Assembly: GCA_002189035.1 (NCBI GenBank)
Contig: NEEC01000442.1
Coordinates: 1-20,677 of the forward strand
Length of the DNA stretch: 20,677 bases
Origin: Utricularia gibba
Taxonomy: Eukaryota > Plantae > Magnoliophyta
Direction: 5' to 3'
Position 1 is the stretch's first letter, and each line of letters starts with the position of its first letter. This document shows, piece after piece, positions 1-11,679 of the stretch. A program made the position numbers and the translations under genes. Below the pieces are notes generated by a model, which saw only the letters and a list, made by a program, of their open reading frames with translations, was not told the DNA's origin and made no database searches.

Positions 1-3000
1 TTTTTTGCCGAGCTACAAATGACTATGGGCCCGAGCTCGACTCGACCTCCTTCTCGATACCGTTGCCCCACGAGAGCGCCTCCTCAATATAAGCATGCGG
101 TTGAGAAAACCATTTTGGGTGCTCATGACATCCTAACTTCAATAAGTGCATCACGATTTCGTCGAGTAGGACCCGATGTGGCAAAGGAGTCAGACCGAAC
201 CTTGGGTCAGAACGAAGTTCACAACGACATCACCCGCCCAAAAACGACAAGCTTTTCCTTGAGAAACCATGTAGGCAGCCAATTAAAACCCAACGTTAAG
301 AAATGCATCAAGTTTTTTGCCGAGCTACAAATGACTATGGGCCCGAGCTCGACTCGACCTCCTTCTCGATACCGTTGCCCCACGAGAGCGCCTCCTCAGA
401 TATAAAGCATGCGGTTGAGAAAACCATTTTGGGTGCTCATGACATCCTAACTTCAATAAGTGCATCACGATTTTCGTCGAGTAGGACCCGATGTGGCAAA
501 GGAACCTTGGGTCAGAACGAAGTTCACAACGACATCACCCGCCCAAAAACGACAAGCTTTTCCTTGAGAAACCATGTAGGCAGCCAATTAAAACCCAACG
601 TTAAGAAATGCATCAAGTTTTTTGCCGAGCTACAAATGACTATGGGCCCGAGCTCGACTCGACCTCCTTCTCGATACCGTTGCCCACGAGAGCGCCTCCT
701 CAGATATAAAGCATGCGGTTGAGAAAACCATTTTGGGTGCTTATGACATCCTAACTTCAATAAGTGCATCACGATTTTCGTCGAGTAGGACCCGATGTGG
801 CAGGAACCTTGGTCAGAACGAAGTTCACAACGACATCACCCGCCCAAAAACGACAAGCTTTTCCTTGAGAAACCATGTAGGCAGCCAATTAAAACCCAAC
901 GTTAAGAAATGCATCAAGTTTTTTGCCGAGCCACAAATGACTATGGGCCCGAGCTCGACTCGACCTCCTTCTCGATACCGTTGCCCCACGAGAGCGCCTC
1001 CTCAATATAAAGCATGCGGTTGAGAAAACCATTTTGGGTGCTCATGACATCCTAACTTCAATAAGTGCATCACGATTTTCGTCGAGTAGGACCCGATGTG
1101 GCAAAGGAGTCAGACGAACCTTGGGTCAGAACGAAGTTCACAACGACATCACCCGCCCAAAAACGACAAGCTTTTCCTTGAGAAACCATGTAGGCAGCCA
1201 ATTAAAACCCAACGTTAAGAAATGCATCAAGTTTTTTGCCGAGCTACAAATGACTATGGGCCCGAGCTCGACTCGACCTCCTTCTCGATACCGTTGCCCC
1301 ACGAGAGCGCCTCCTCAGAATAAAGCATGCGGTTGAGAAAACCATTTTGGGTGCTCATGACATCCTAACTTCAATAAGTGCATCACGATTTTCGTCGAGT
1401 AGGACCCGATGTGGCAAAGAACCTTGGGTCAGAACGAAGTTCACAACGACATCACCCGCCCAAAAACGACAAGCTTTTCCTTGAGAAACCATGTAGGCAG
1501 CCAATTAAAACCCAACGTTAAGAAATGCATCAAGTTTTTTGCCGAGCCACAAATGACTATGGGCCCGAGCTCGACTCGACCTCCTCTCGATACCGTTGCC
1601 CCACGAGAGCGCCTCCTCAGATATAAAGCATGCGGTTGAGAAAACCATTTTGGGTGCTATGACATCCTAACTTCAATAAGTGCAGCACGATTTTCGTCGA
1701 GTAGGACCCGATGTGGCAAAGGAGTCAGGAACCTTGGGTCAGAACGAAGTTCACAACGACATCACCGCCCAAAAACGACAAGCTTTTCCTTGAGAAACCA
1801 TGTAGGCAGCCAATTAAAACCCAACGTTAAGAAATGCATCAAGTTTTTTGCCGAGCTACAAATGACTATGGCCCGAGCTCGACTCGACCTCCTTCTCGAT
1901 ACCGTTGCCCCACGAGAGCGCCTCCTCAGATATAAAGCATGCGGTTGAGAAAACCATTTTGGGTGCTCATGACATCCTAACTTCAATAAGTGCAGCACGA
2001 TTTTCGTCGAGTAGGACCCGATGTGGCAAAGGAGTCAGACCGAACCTTGGGTCAGAACGAAGTTCACAACGACATCACCCGCCAAAAACGACAAGCTTTT
2101 CCTTGAGAAACCATGTAGGCAGCCAATTAAAACCCAACGTTAAGAAATGCATCAAGTTTTTTGCCGAGCACAAATGACTATGGGCCCGAGCTCGACTCGA
2201 CCTCCTTCTCGATACCGTTGCCCACGAGAGCGCCTCCTCAGATATAAAGCATGCGGTTGAGAAAACCATTTTGGGTGCTCATGACATCCTAACTTCAATA
2301 AGTGCAGCACGATTTTTCGTCGAGTAGGACCCGATGTGGCAAAGGAGTCAGACCGAACCTTGGGTCAGAACGAAGTTCACAACGACATCACCCGCCCAAA
2401 ACGACAAGCTTTTCCTTGAGAAACCATGTAGGCAGCCAATTAAAACCCAACGTTAAGAAATGCATCAAGTTTTTTGCCGAGCCACAAATGACTATGGGCC
2501 CGAGCTCGACTCGACCTCCTTCTCGATACCGTTGCCCCACGAGAGCGCCTCCTCAGATATAAAGCATGCGGTTGAGAAAACCATTTTGGGTGCTCATGAC
2601 ATCCTAACTTCAATAAGTGCAGCACGATTTTCGTCGAGTAGGACCCGATGGCAAAGGAACCTTGGGTCAGAACGAAGTTCACAACGACATCACCGCCCAA
2701 AAACGACAAGCTTTTCCTTGAGAAACCATGTAGGCAGCCAATTAAAACCCAACGTTAAGAAATGCATCAAGTTTTTTGCCGAGCACAAATGACTATGGGC
2801 CCGAGCTCGACTCGACCTCCTTCTCGATACCGTTGCCCCACGAGAGCGCCTCCTCAGATATAAAGCATGCGGTTGAGAAAACCATTTTGGGTGCTCATGA
2901 CATCCTAACTTCAATAAGTGCATCACGATTTTCGTCGAGTAGGACCCGATGTGGCAAAGGAGTCAGACCGAACCTTGGGTCAGAACGAAGTTCACAACGA

Positions 3001-6000
3001 CATCACCGCCCAAAAACGACAAGCTTTTCCTTGAGAAACCATGTAGGCAGCCAATTAAAACCCAACGTTAAGAAATGCATCAAGTTTTTTGCCGAGCCAC
3101 AAATGACTATGGGCCGAGCTCGACTCGACCTCCTTCTCGATACCGTTGCCCACGAGAGCGCCTCCTCAGATATAAAGCATGCGGTTGAGAAAACCATTTT
3201 GGGTGCTCATGACATCCTAACTTCAATAAGTGCAGCACGATTTTCGTCGAGTAGGACCCGATGTGGCAAAGGAACCTTGGGTCAGAACGAAGTTCACACG
3301 ACATCACCCGCCCAAAAACGACAAGCTTTTCCTTGAGAAACCATGTAGGCAGCCAATTAAAACCCAACGTTAAGAAATGCATCAAGTTTTTTGCCGAGCT
3401 ACAAATGACTATGGGCCCGAGCTCGACTCGACCTCCTTCTCGATACCGTTGCCCCACGAGAGCGCCTCCTCAGATATAAAGCATGCGGTTGAGAAAACCA
3501 TTTTGGGTGCTATGACATCCTAACTTCAATAAGTGCATCACGATTTCGTCGAGTAGGACCCGATGTGGCAAAGGAGTCAGACCGAACCTTGGTCAGAACG
3601 AAGTTCACAACGACATCACCCGCCCAAAAACGACAAGCTTTTCCTTGAGAAACCATGTAGGCAGCCAATTAAAACCCAACGTTAAGAAATGCATCAAGTT
3701 TTTTGCCGAGCCACAAATGACTATGGGCCCGAGCTCGACTCGACCTCCTCTCGATACCGTTGCCCCACGAGAGCGCCTCCTCAATATAAAGCATGCGGTT
3801 GAGAAAACCATTTTGGGTGCTCATGACATCCTAACTTCAATAAGTGCAGCACGATTTCGTCGAGTAGGACCCGATGTGGCAAAGGAACCTTGGGTCAGAA
3901 CGAAGTTCACAACGACATCACCCGCCCAAAAACGACAAGCTTTTCCTTGAGAAACCATGTAGGCAGCCAATTAAAACCAACGTTAAGAAATGCATCAAGT
4001 TTTTTGCCGAGCCACAAATGACTATGGGCCCGAGCTCGACTCGACCTCCTTCTCGATACCGTTGCCCACGAGAGCGCCTCCTCAGATATAAAGCATGCGG
4101 TTGAGAAAACCATTTTGGGTGCTCATGACATCCTAACTTCAATAAGTGCAGCACGATTTTCGTCGAGTAGGACCCGATGTGGCAAAGGAGTCAGACCGAA
4201 CCTTGGGTCAGAACGAAGTTCACAACGACATCACCCGCCCAAAAACGACAAGCTTTTCCTTGAGAAACCATGTAGGCAGCCAATTAAAACCCAACGTTAA
4301 GAAATGCATCAAGTTTTTTGCCGAGCTACAAATGACTATGGGCCCGAGCTCGACTCGACCTCCTTCTCGATACCGTTGCCCCACGAGAGCGCCTCCTCAG
4401 ATATAAAGCATGCGGTTGAGAAAACCATTTTGGGTGCTTATGACATCCTAACTTCAATAAGTGCATCACGATTTTCGTCGAGTAGGACCCGATGTGGCAA
4501 GGAGGAACCTTGGGTCAGAACGAAGTTCACAACGACATCACCCGCCAAAAACGACAAGCTTTTCCTTGAGAAACCATGTAGGCAGCCAATTAAAACCCAA
4601 CGTTAAGAAATGCATCAAGTTTTTTGCCGAGCCACAAATGACTATGGGCCCGAGCTCGACTCGACCTCCTTCTCGATACCGTTGCCCCACGAGAGCGCCT
4701 CCTCAGATATAAAGCATGCGGTTGAGAAAACCATTTTGGGTGCTATGACATCCTAACTTCAATAAGTGCATCACGATTTTCGTCGAGTAGGACCCGATGT
4801 GGCAAAGGAGTCAGACCGAACCTTGGGTCAGAACGAAGTTCACAACGACATCACCGCCCAAAAACGACAAGCTTTTCCTTGAGAAACCATGTAGGCAGCC
4901 AATTAAAACCCAACGTTAAGAAATGCATCAAGTTTTTTGCCGAGCACAAATGACTATGGGCCCGAGCTCGACTCGACCTCCTTCTCGATACCGTTGCCCC
5001 ACGAGAGCGCCTCCTCAGATATAAAGCATGCGGTTGAGAAAACCATTTTGGGTGCTCATGACATCCTAACTTCAATAAGTGCAGCACGATTTTCGTCGAG
5101 TAGGACCCGATGTGGCAAAGGAACCTTGGGTCAGAACGAAGTTCACAACGACATCACCCGCCCAAAAACGACAAGCTTTTCCTTGAGAAACCATGTAGGC
5201 AGCCAATTAAAACCCAACGTTAAGAAATGCATCAAGTTTTTTGCCGAGCACAAATGACTATGGGCCCGAGCTCGACTCGACCTCCTTCTCGATACCGTTG
5301 CCCCACGAGAGCGCCTCCTCAGATATAAAGCATGCGGTTGAGAAAACCATTTTGGGTGCTCATGACATCCTAACTTCAATAAGTGCATCACGATTTTCGT
5401 CGAGTAGGACCCGATGTGGCAAAGGAACCTTGGGTCAGAACGAAGTTCACAACGACATCACCGCCCAAAAACGACAAGCTTTTCCTTGAGAAACCATGTA
5501 GGCAGCCAATTAAAACCCAACGTTAAGAAATGCATCAAGTTTTTTGCCGAGCCACAAATGACTATGGGCCCGAGCTCGACTCGACCTCCTTCTCGATACC
5601 GTTGCCCCACGAGAGCGCCTCCTCAGATATAAAGCATGCGGTTGAGAAAACCATTTTGGGTGCTCATGACATCCTAACTTCAATAAGTGCAGCACGATTT
5701 TCGTCGAGTAGGACCCGATGTGGCAAAGGAGTCAGACCGAACCTTGGGTCAGAACGAAGTTCACAACGACATCACCCGCCCAAAAACGACAAGCTTTTCC
5801 TTGAGAAACCATGTAGGCAGCCAATTAAAACCCAACGTTAAGAAATGCATCAAGTTTTTTGCCGAGCACAAATGACTATGGGCCCGAGCTCGACTCGACC
5901 TCCTTCTCGATACCGTTGCCCCACGAGAGCGCCTCCTCAGATATAAAGCATGCGGTTGAGAAAACCATTTTGGGTGCTTATGACATCCTAACTTCAATAA

Positions 6001-9000
6001 GTGCAGCACGATTTTCGTCGAGTAGGACCCGATGTGGCAAAGAACCTTGGGTCAGAACGAAGTTCACAACGACATCACCCGCCCAAAAACGACAAGCTTT
6101 TCCTTGAGAAACCATGTAGGCAGCCAATTAAAACCCAACGTTAAGAAATGCATCAAGTTTTTTGCCGAGCCACAAATGACTATGGGCCCGAGCTCGACTC
6201 GACCTCCTTCTCGATACCGTTGCCCCACGAGAGCGCCTCCTCAGATATAAAGCATGCGGTTGAGAAAACCATTTTGGGTGCTCATGACATCCTAACTTCA
6301 ATAAGTGCAGCACGATTTTCGTCGAGTAGGACCCGATGTGGCAAAGGAGTCAGACCGAACCTTGGGTCAGAACGAAGTTCACAACGACATCACCGCCCAA
6401 AAACGACAAGCTTTTCCTTGAGAAACCATGTAGGCAGCCAATTAAAACCCAACGTTAAGAAATGCATCAAGTTTTTTGCCGAGCACAAATGACTATGGGC
6501 CCGAGCTCGACTCGACCTCCTTCTCGATACCGTTGCCCCACGAGAGCGCCTCCTCAGATATAAAGCATGCGGTTGAGAAAACCATTTTGGGTGCTCATGA
6601 CATCCTAACTTCAATAAGTGCAGCACGATTTTCGTCGAGTAGGACCCGATGTGGCAAAGGAGTCAGACCGAACCTTGGGTCAGAACGAAGTTCACAACGA
6701 CATCACCCGCCCAAAAACGACAAGCTTTTCCTTGAGAAACCATGTAGGCAGCCAATTAAAACCCAACGTTAAGAAATGCATCAAGTTTTTTGCCGAGCCA
6801 CAAATGACTATGGGCCCGAGCTCGACTCGACCTCCTTCTCGATACCGTTGCCCCACGAGAGCGCCTCCTCAGATATAAAGCATGCGGTTGAGAAAACCAT
6901 TTTGGGTGCTCATGACATCCTAACTTCAATAAGTGCATCACGATTTTCGTCGAGTAGGACCCGATGTGGCAAAAGGAACCTTGGGTCAGAACGAAGTTCA
7001 CAACGACATCACCCGCCAAAAACGACAAGCTTTTCCTTGAGAAACCATGTAGGCAGCCAATTAAAACCCAACGTTAAGAAATGCATCAAGTTTTTTGCCG
7101 AGCCACAAATGACTATGGGCCCGAGCTCGACTCGACCTCCTTCTCGATACCGTTGCCCCACGAGAGCGCCTCCTCAGATATAAAGCATGCGGTTGAGAAA
7201 ACCATTTTGGGTGCTCATGACATCCTAACTTCAATAAGTGCATCACGATTTTCGTCGAGTAGGACCCGATGTGGCAAAGGAGTCAGACCGAACCTTGGGT
7301 CAGAACGAAGTTCACAACGACATCACCGCCCAAAAACGACAAGCTTTTCCTTGAGAAACCATGTAGGCAGCCAATTAAAACCCAACGTTAAGAAATGCAT
7401 CAAGTTTTTTGCCGAGCCACAAATGACTATGGGCCCGAGCTCGACTCGACCTCCTTCTCGATACCGTTGCCCCACGAGAGCCTCCTCAGATATAAAGCAT
7501 GCGGTTGAGAAAACCATTTTGGGTGCTCATGACATCCTAACTTCAATAAGTGCAGCACGATTTTCGTCGAGTAGGACCCGATGTGGCAAAGGAACCTTGG
7601 GTCAGAACGAAGTTCACAACGACATCACCCGCCCAAAAACGACAAGCTTTTCCTTGAGAAACCATGTAGGCAGCCAATTAAAACCCAACGTTAAGAAATG
7701 CATCAAGTTTTTTGCCGAGCCACAAATGACTATGGGCCCGAGCTCGACTCGACCTCCTTCTCGATACCGTTGCCCCACGAGAGCGCCTCCTCAGATATAA
7801 AGCATGCGGTTGAGAAAACCATTTTGGGTGCTCATGACATCCTAACTTCAATAAGTGCATCACGATTTTCGTCGAGTAGGACCCGATGTGGCAAAGGAGT
7901 CAGACCGAACCTTGGGTCAGAACGAAGTTCACAACGACATCACCCGCCCAAAAACGACAAGCTTTTCCTTGAGAAACCATGTAGGCAGCCAATTAAAACC
8001 CAACGTTAAGAAATGCATCAAGTTTTTTGCCGAGCACAAATGACTATGGGCCCGAGCTCGACTCGACCTCCTTCTCGATACCGTTGCCCCACGAGAGCGC
8101 CTCCTCAGATATAAAGCATGCGGTTGAGAAAACCATTTTGGGTGCTCATGACATCCTAACTTCAATAAGTGCAGCACGATTTTCGTCGAGTAGGACCCGA
8201 TGTGGCAAAGGAACCTTGGGTCAGAACGAAGTTCACAACGACATCACCCGCCCAAAAACGACAAGCTTTTCCTTGAGAAACCATGTAGGCAGCCAATTAA
8301 AACCCAACGTTAAGAAATGCATCAAGTTTTTTGCCGAGCCACAAATGACTATGGGCCCGAGCTCGACTCGACCCCCTCTCGATACCGTTGCCCCACGAGA
8401 GCGCCTCCTCAGATATAAAGCATGCGGTTGAGAAAACCATTTTGGGTGCTCATGACATCCTAACTTCAATAAGTGCAGCACGATTTTCGTCGAGTAGGAC
8501 CCGATGTGGCAAAGGAGTCAGACCGAACCTTGGGTCAGAACGAAGTTCACAACGACATCACCCGCCCAAAAACGACAAGCTTTTCCTTGAGAAACCATGT
8601 AGGCAGCCAATTAAAACCCAACGTTAAGAAATGCATCAAGTTTTTTGCCGAGCACAAATGACTATGGGCCCGAGCTCGACTCGACCTCCTTCTCGATACC
8701 GTTGCCCCACGAGAGCGCCTCCTCAGATATAAAGCATGCGGTTGAGAAAACCATTTTGGGTGCTCATGACATCCTAACTTCAATAAGTGCATCACGATTT
8801 TCGTCGAGTAGGACCCGATGTGGCAAAGGAACCTTGGGTCAGAACGAAGTTCACAACGACATCACCCGCCCAAAAACGACAAGCTTTTCCTTGAGAAACC
8901 ATGTAGGCAGCCAATTAAAACCCAACGTTAAGAAATGCATCAAGTTTTTTTGCCGAGCACAAATGACTATGGGCCCGAGCTCGACTCGACCTCCTTCTCG

Positions 9001-11679
9001 ATACCGTTGCCCCACGAGAGCGCCTCCTCAGATATAAAGCATGCGGTTGAGAAAACCATTTTGGGTGCTCATGACATCCTAACTTCAATAAGTGCAGCAC
9101 GATTTTCGTCGAGTAGGACCCGATGTGGCAAATCAGACCGAACCTTGGGTCAGAACGAAGTTCACAACGACATCACCGCCCAAAAACGACAAGCTTTTCC
9201 TTGAGAAACCATGTAGGCAGCCAATTAAAACCCAACGTTAAGAAATGCATCAAGTTTTTTGCCGAGCCACAAATGACTATGGGCCCGAGCTCGACTCGAC
9301 CTCCTTCTCGATACCGTTGCCCACGAGAGCGCCTCCTCAGATATAAAGCATGCGGTTGAGAAAACCATTTTGGGTGCTCATGACATCCTAACTTCAATAA
9401 GTGCAGCACGATTTTCGTCGAGTAGGACCCGATGTGGCACCTTGGGTCAGAACGGCCCAAAACGACAAGCTTTCCTTGAGAAACCATGTAGGCAGCCAAT
9501 TAAAACCCAACGTTAAAATGCATCAAGTTTTTTGCCGAGCACAAATGATGGGCCCGAGCTCGACTCGAATACCGTTGCCCCACGAGAGCGCCTCCTCAGA
9601 TATAAAGCATGCGGTTGAGAAAACCATTTTGGGTGCTCATGACATCCTAACTTCAATAAGTGCAGCACGATTTTCGTCGAGTAGGACCCGATGTGGCAAA
9701 GGAGTCAGACCGAACCTTGGGTCAGAACGAAGTTCACAACGACATCACCGCCCAAAAACGACAAGCTTTTCCTTGAGAAACCATGTAGGCAGCCAATTAA
9801 AACCCAACGTTAAGAAATGCATCAAGTTTTTTGCCGAGCCACAAATGACTATGGGCCGAGCTCGACTCGACCTCCTTCTCGATACCGTTGCCCACGAGAG
9901 CGCCTCCTCAGATATAAAGCATGCGGTTGAGAAAACCATTTTGGGTGCTCATGACATCCTAACTTCAATAAGTGCAGCACGATTTTCGTCGAGTAGGACC
10001 CGATGTGGCAAAGGAGTCAGACCGAACCTTGGGTCAGAACGAAGTTCACAACGACATCACCCGCCCAAAAACGACAAGCTTTTCCTTGAGAAACCATGTA
10101 GGCAGCCAATTAAAACCCAACGTTAAGAAATGCATCAAGTTTTTTGCCGAGCTACAAATGACTATGGGCCCGAGCTCGACTCGACCTCCTTCTCGATACC
10201 GTTGCCCCACGAGAGCGCCTCCTCAGATATAAAGCATGCGGTTGAGAAAACCATTTTGGGTGCTCATGACATCCTAACTTCAATAAGTGCATCACGATTT
10301 TCGTCGAGTAGGACCCGATGTGGCAAAGGAACCTTGGGTCAGAACGAAGTTCACAACGACATCACCCGCCCAAAAACGACAAGCTTTTCCTTGAGAAACC
10401 ATGTAGGCAGCCAATTAAAACCCAACGTTAAGAAATGCATCAAGTTTTTTGCCGAGCCACAAATGACTATGGGCCCGAGCTCGACTCGACCTCCTTCTCG
10501 ATACCGTTGCCCCACGAGAGCGCCTCCTCAGATATAAAGCATGCGGTTGAGAAAACCATTTTGGGTGCTCATGACATCCTAACTTCAATAAGTGCAGCAC
10601 GATTTTCGTCGAGTAGGACCCGATGTGGCAAAGGAGTCAGACCGAACCTTGGGTCAGAACGAAGTTCACAACGACATCACCGCCCAAAAACGACAAGCTT
10701 TTCCTTGAGAAACCATGTAGGCAGCCAATTAAAACCCAACGTTAAGAAATGCATCAAGTTTTTTGCCGAGCTACAAATGACTATGGGCCCGAGCTCGACT
10801 CGACCTCCTTCTCGATACCGTTGCCCACGAGAGCGCCTCCTCAGATATAAAGCATGCGGTTGAGAAAACCATTTTGGGTGCTCATGACATCCTAACTTCA
10901 ATAAGTGCATCACGATTTTCGTCGAGTAGGACCCGATGTGGCAAAGGAGTCAGACCGAACCTTGGGTCAGAACGAAGTTCACAACGACATCACCCGCCCA
11001 AAAACGACAAGCTTTTCCTTGAGAAACCATGTAGGCAGCCAATTAAAACCCAACGTTAAGAAATGCATCAAGTTTTTTGCCGAGCCACAAATGACTATGG
11101 GCCCGAGCTCGACTCGACCTCCTTCTCGATACCGTTGCCCCACGAGAGCGCCTCCTCAGATATAAAGCATGCGGTTGAGAAAACCATTTTGGGTGCTCAT
11201 GACATCCTAACTTCAATAAGTGCAGCACGATTTTCGTCGAGTAGGACCCGATGTGGCAAAGGAACCTTGGGTCAGAACGAAGTTCACAACGACATCACCC
11301 CCAAAAACGACAAGCTTTTCCTTGAGAAACCATGTAGGCAGCCAATTAAAACCCAACGTTAAGAAATGCATCAAGTTTTTTGCCGAGCACAAATGACTAT
11401 GGGCCCGAGCTCGACTCGACCTCCTTCTCGATACCGTTGCCCCACGAGAGCGCCTCCTCAGATATAAAGCATGCGGTTGAGAAAACCATTTTGGGTGCTC
11501 ATGACATCCTAACTTCAATAAGTGCATCACGATTTTCGTCGAGTAGGACCCGATGTGGCAAAAGGAACCTTGGGTCAGAACGAAGTTCACAACGACATCA
11601 CCGCCCAAAAACGACAAGCTTTTCCTTGAGAAACCATGTAGGCAGCCAATTAAAACCCAACGTTAAGAAATGCATCAAG
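1..11679. repeat. Left array domain (U1-U38): mixed full-length (~315 bp) and 10-bp-deleted (~305 bp) monomers
   Basis: GGCAAAGGAACCTTGG (lacking GTCAGACCGA) or a close variant occurs in U2, 3, 5, 9, 11, 13, 15, 17, 18, 20, 23, 25, 27, 29, 34, 37 and 38. U31 has a larger deletion over the same site. Confidence 0.85.

Noticed and set aside
1535-10139. Longer-period (11-13 unit) higher-order repeat suggested by runs of four G153 units at U6-9, U19-22 and U30-33
   Set aside because: The spacings differ (13 and 11 units) and the intervening allele patterns do not match.
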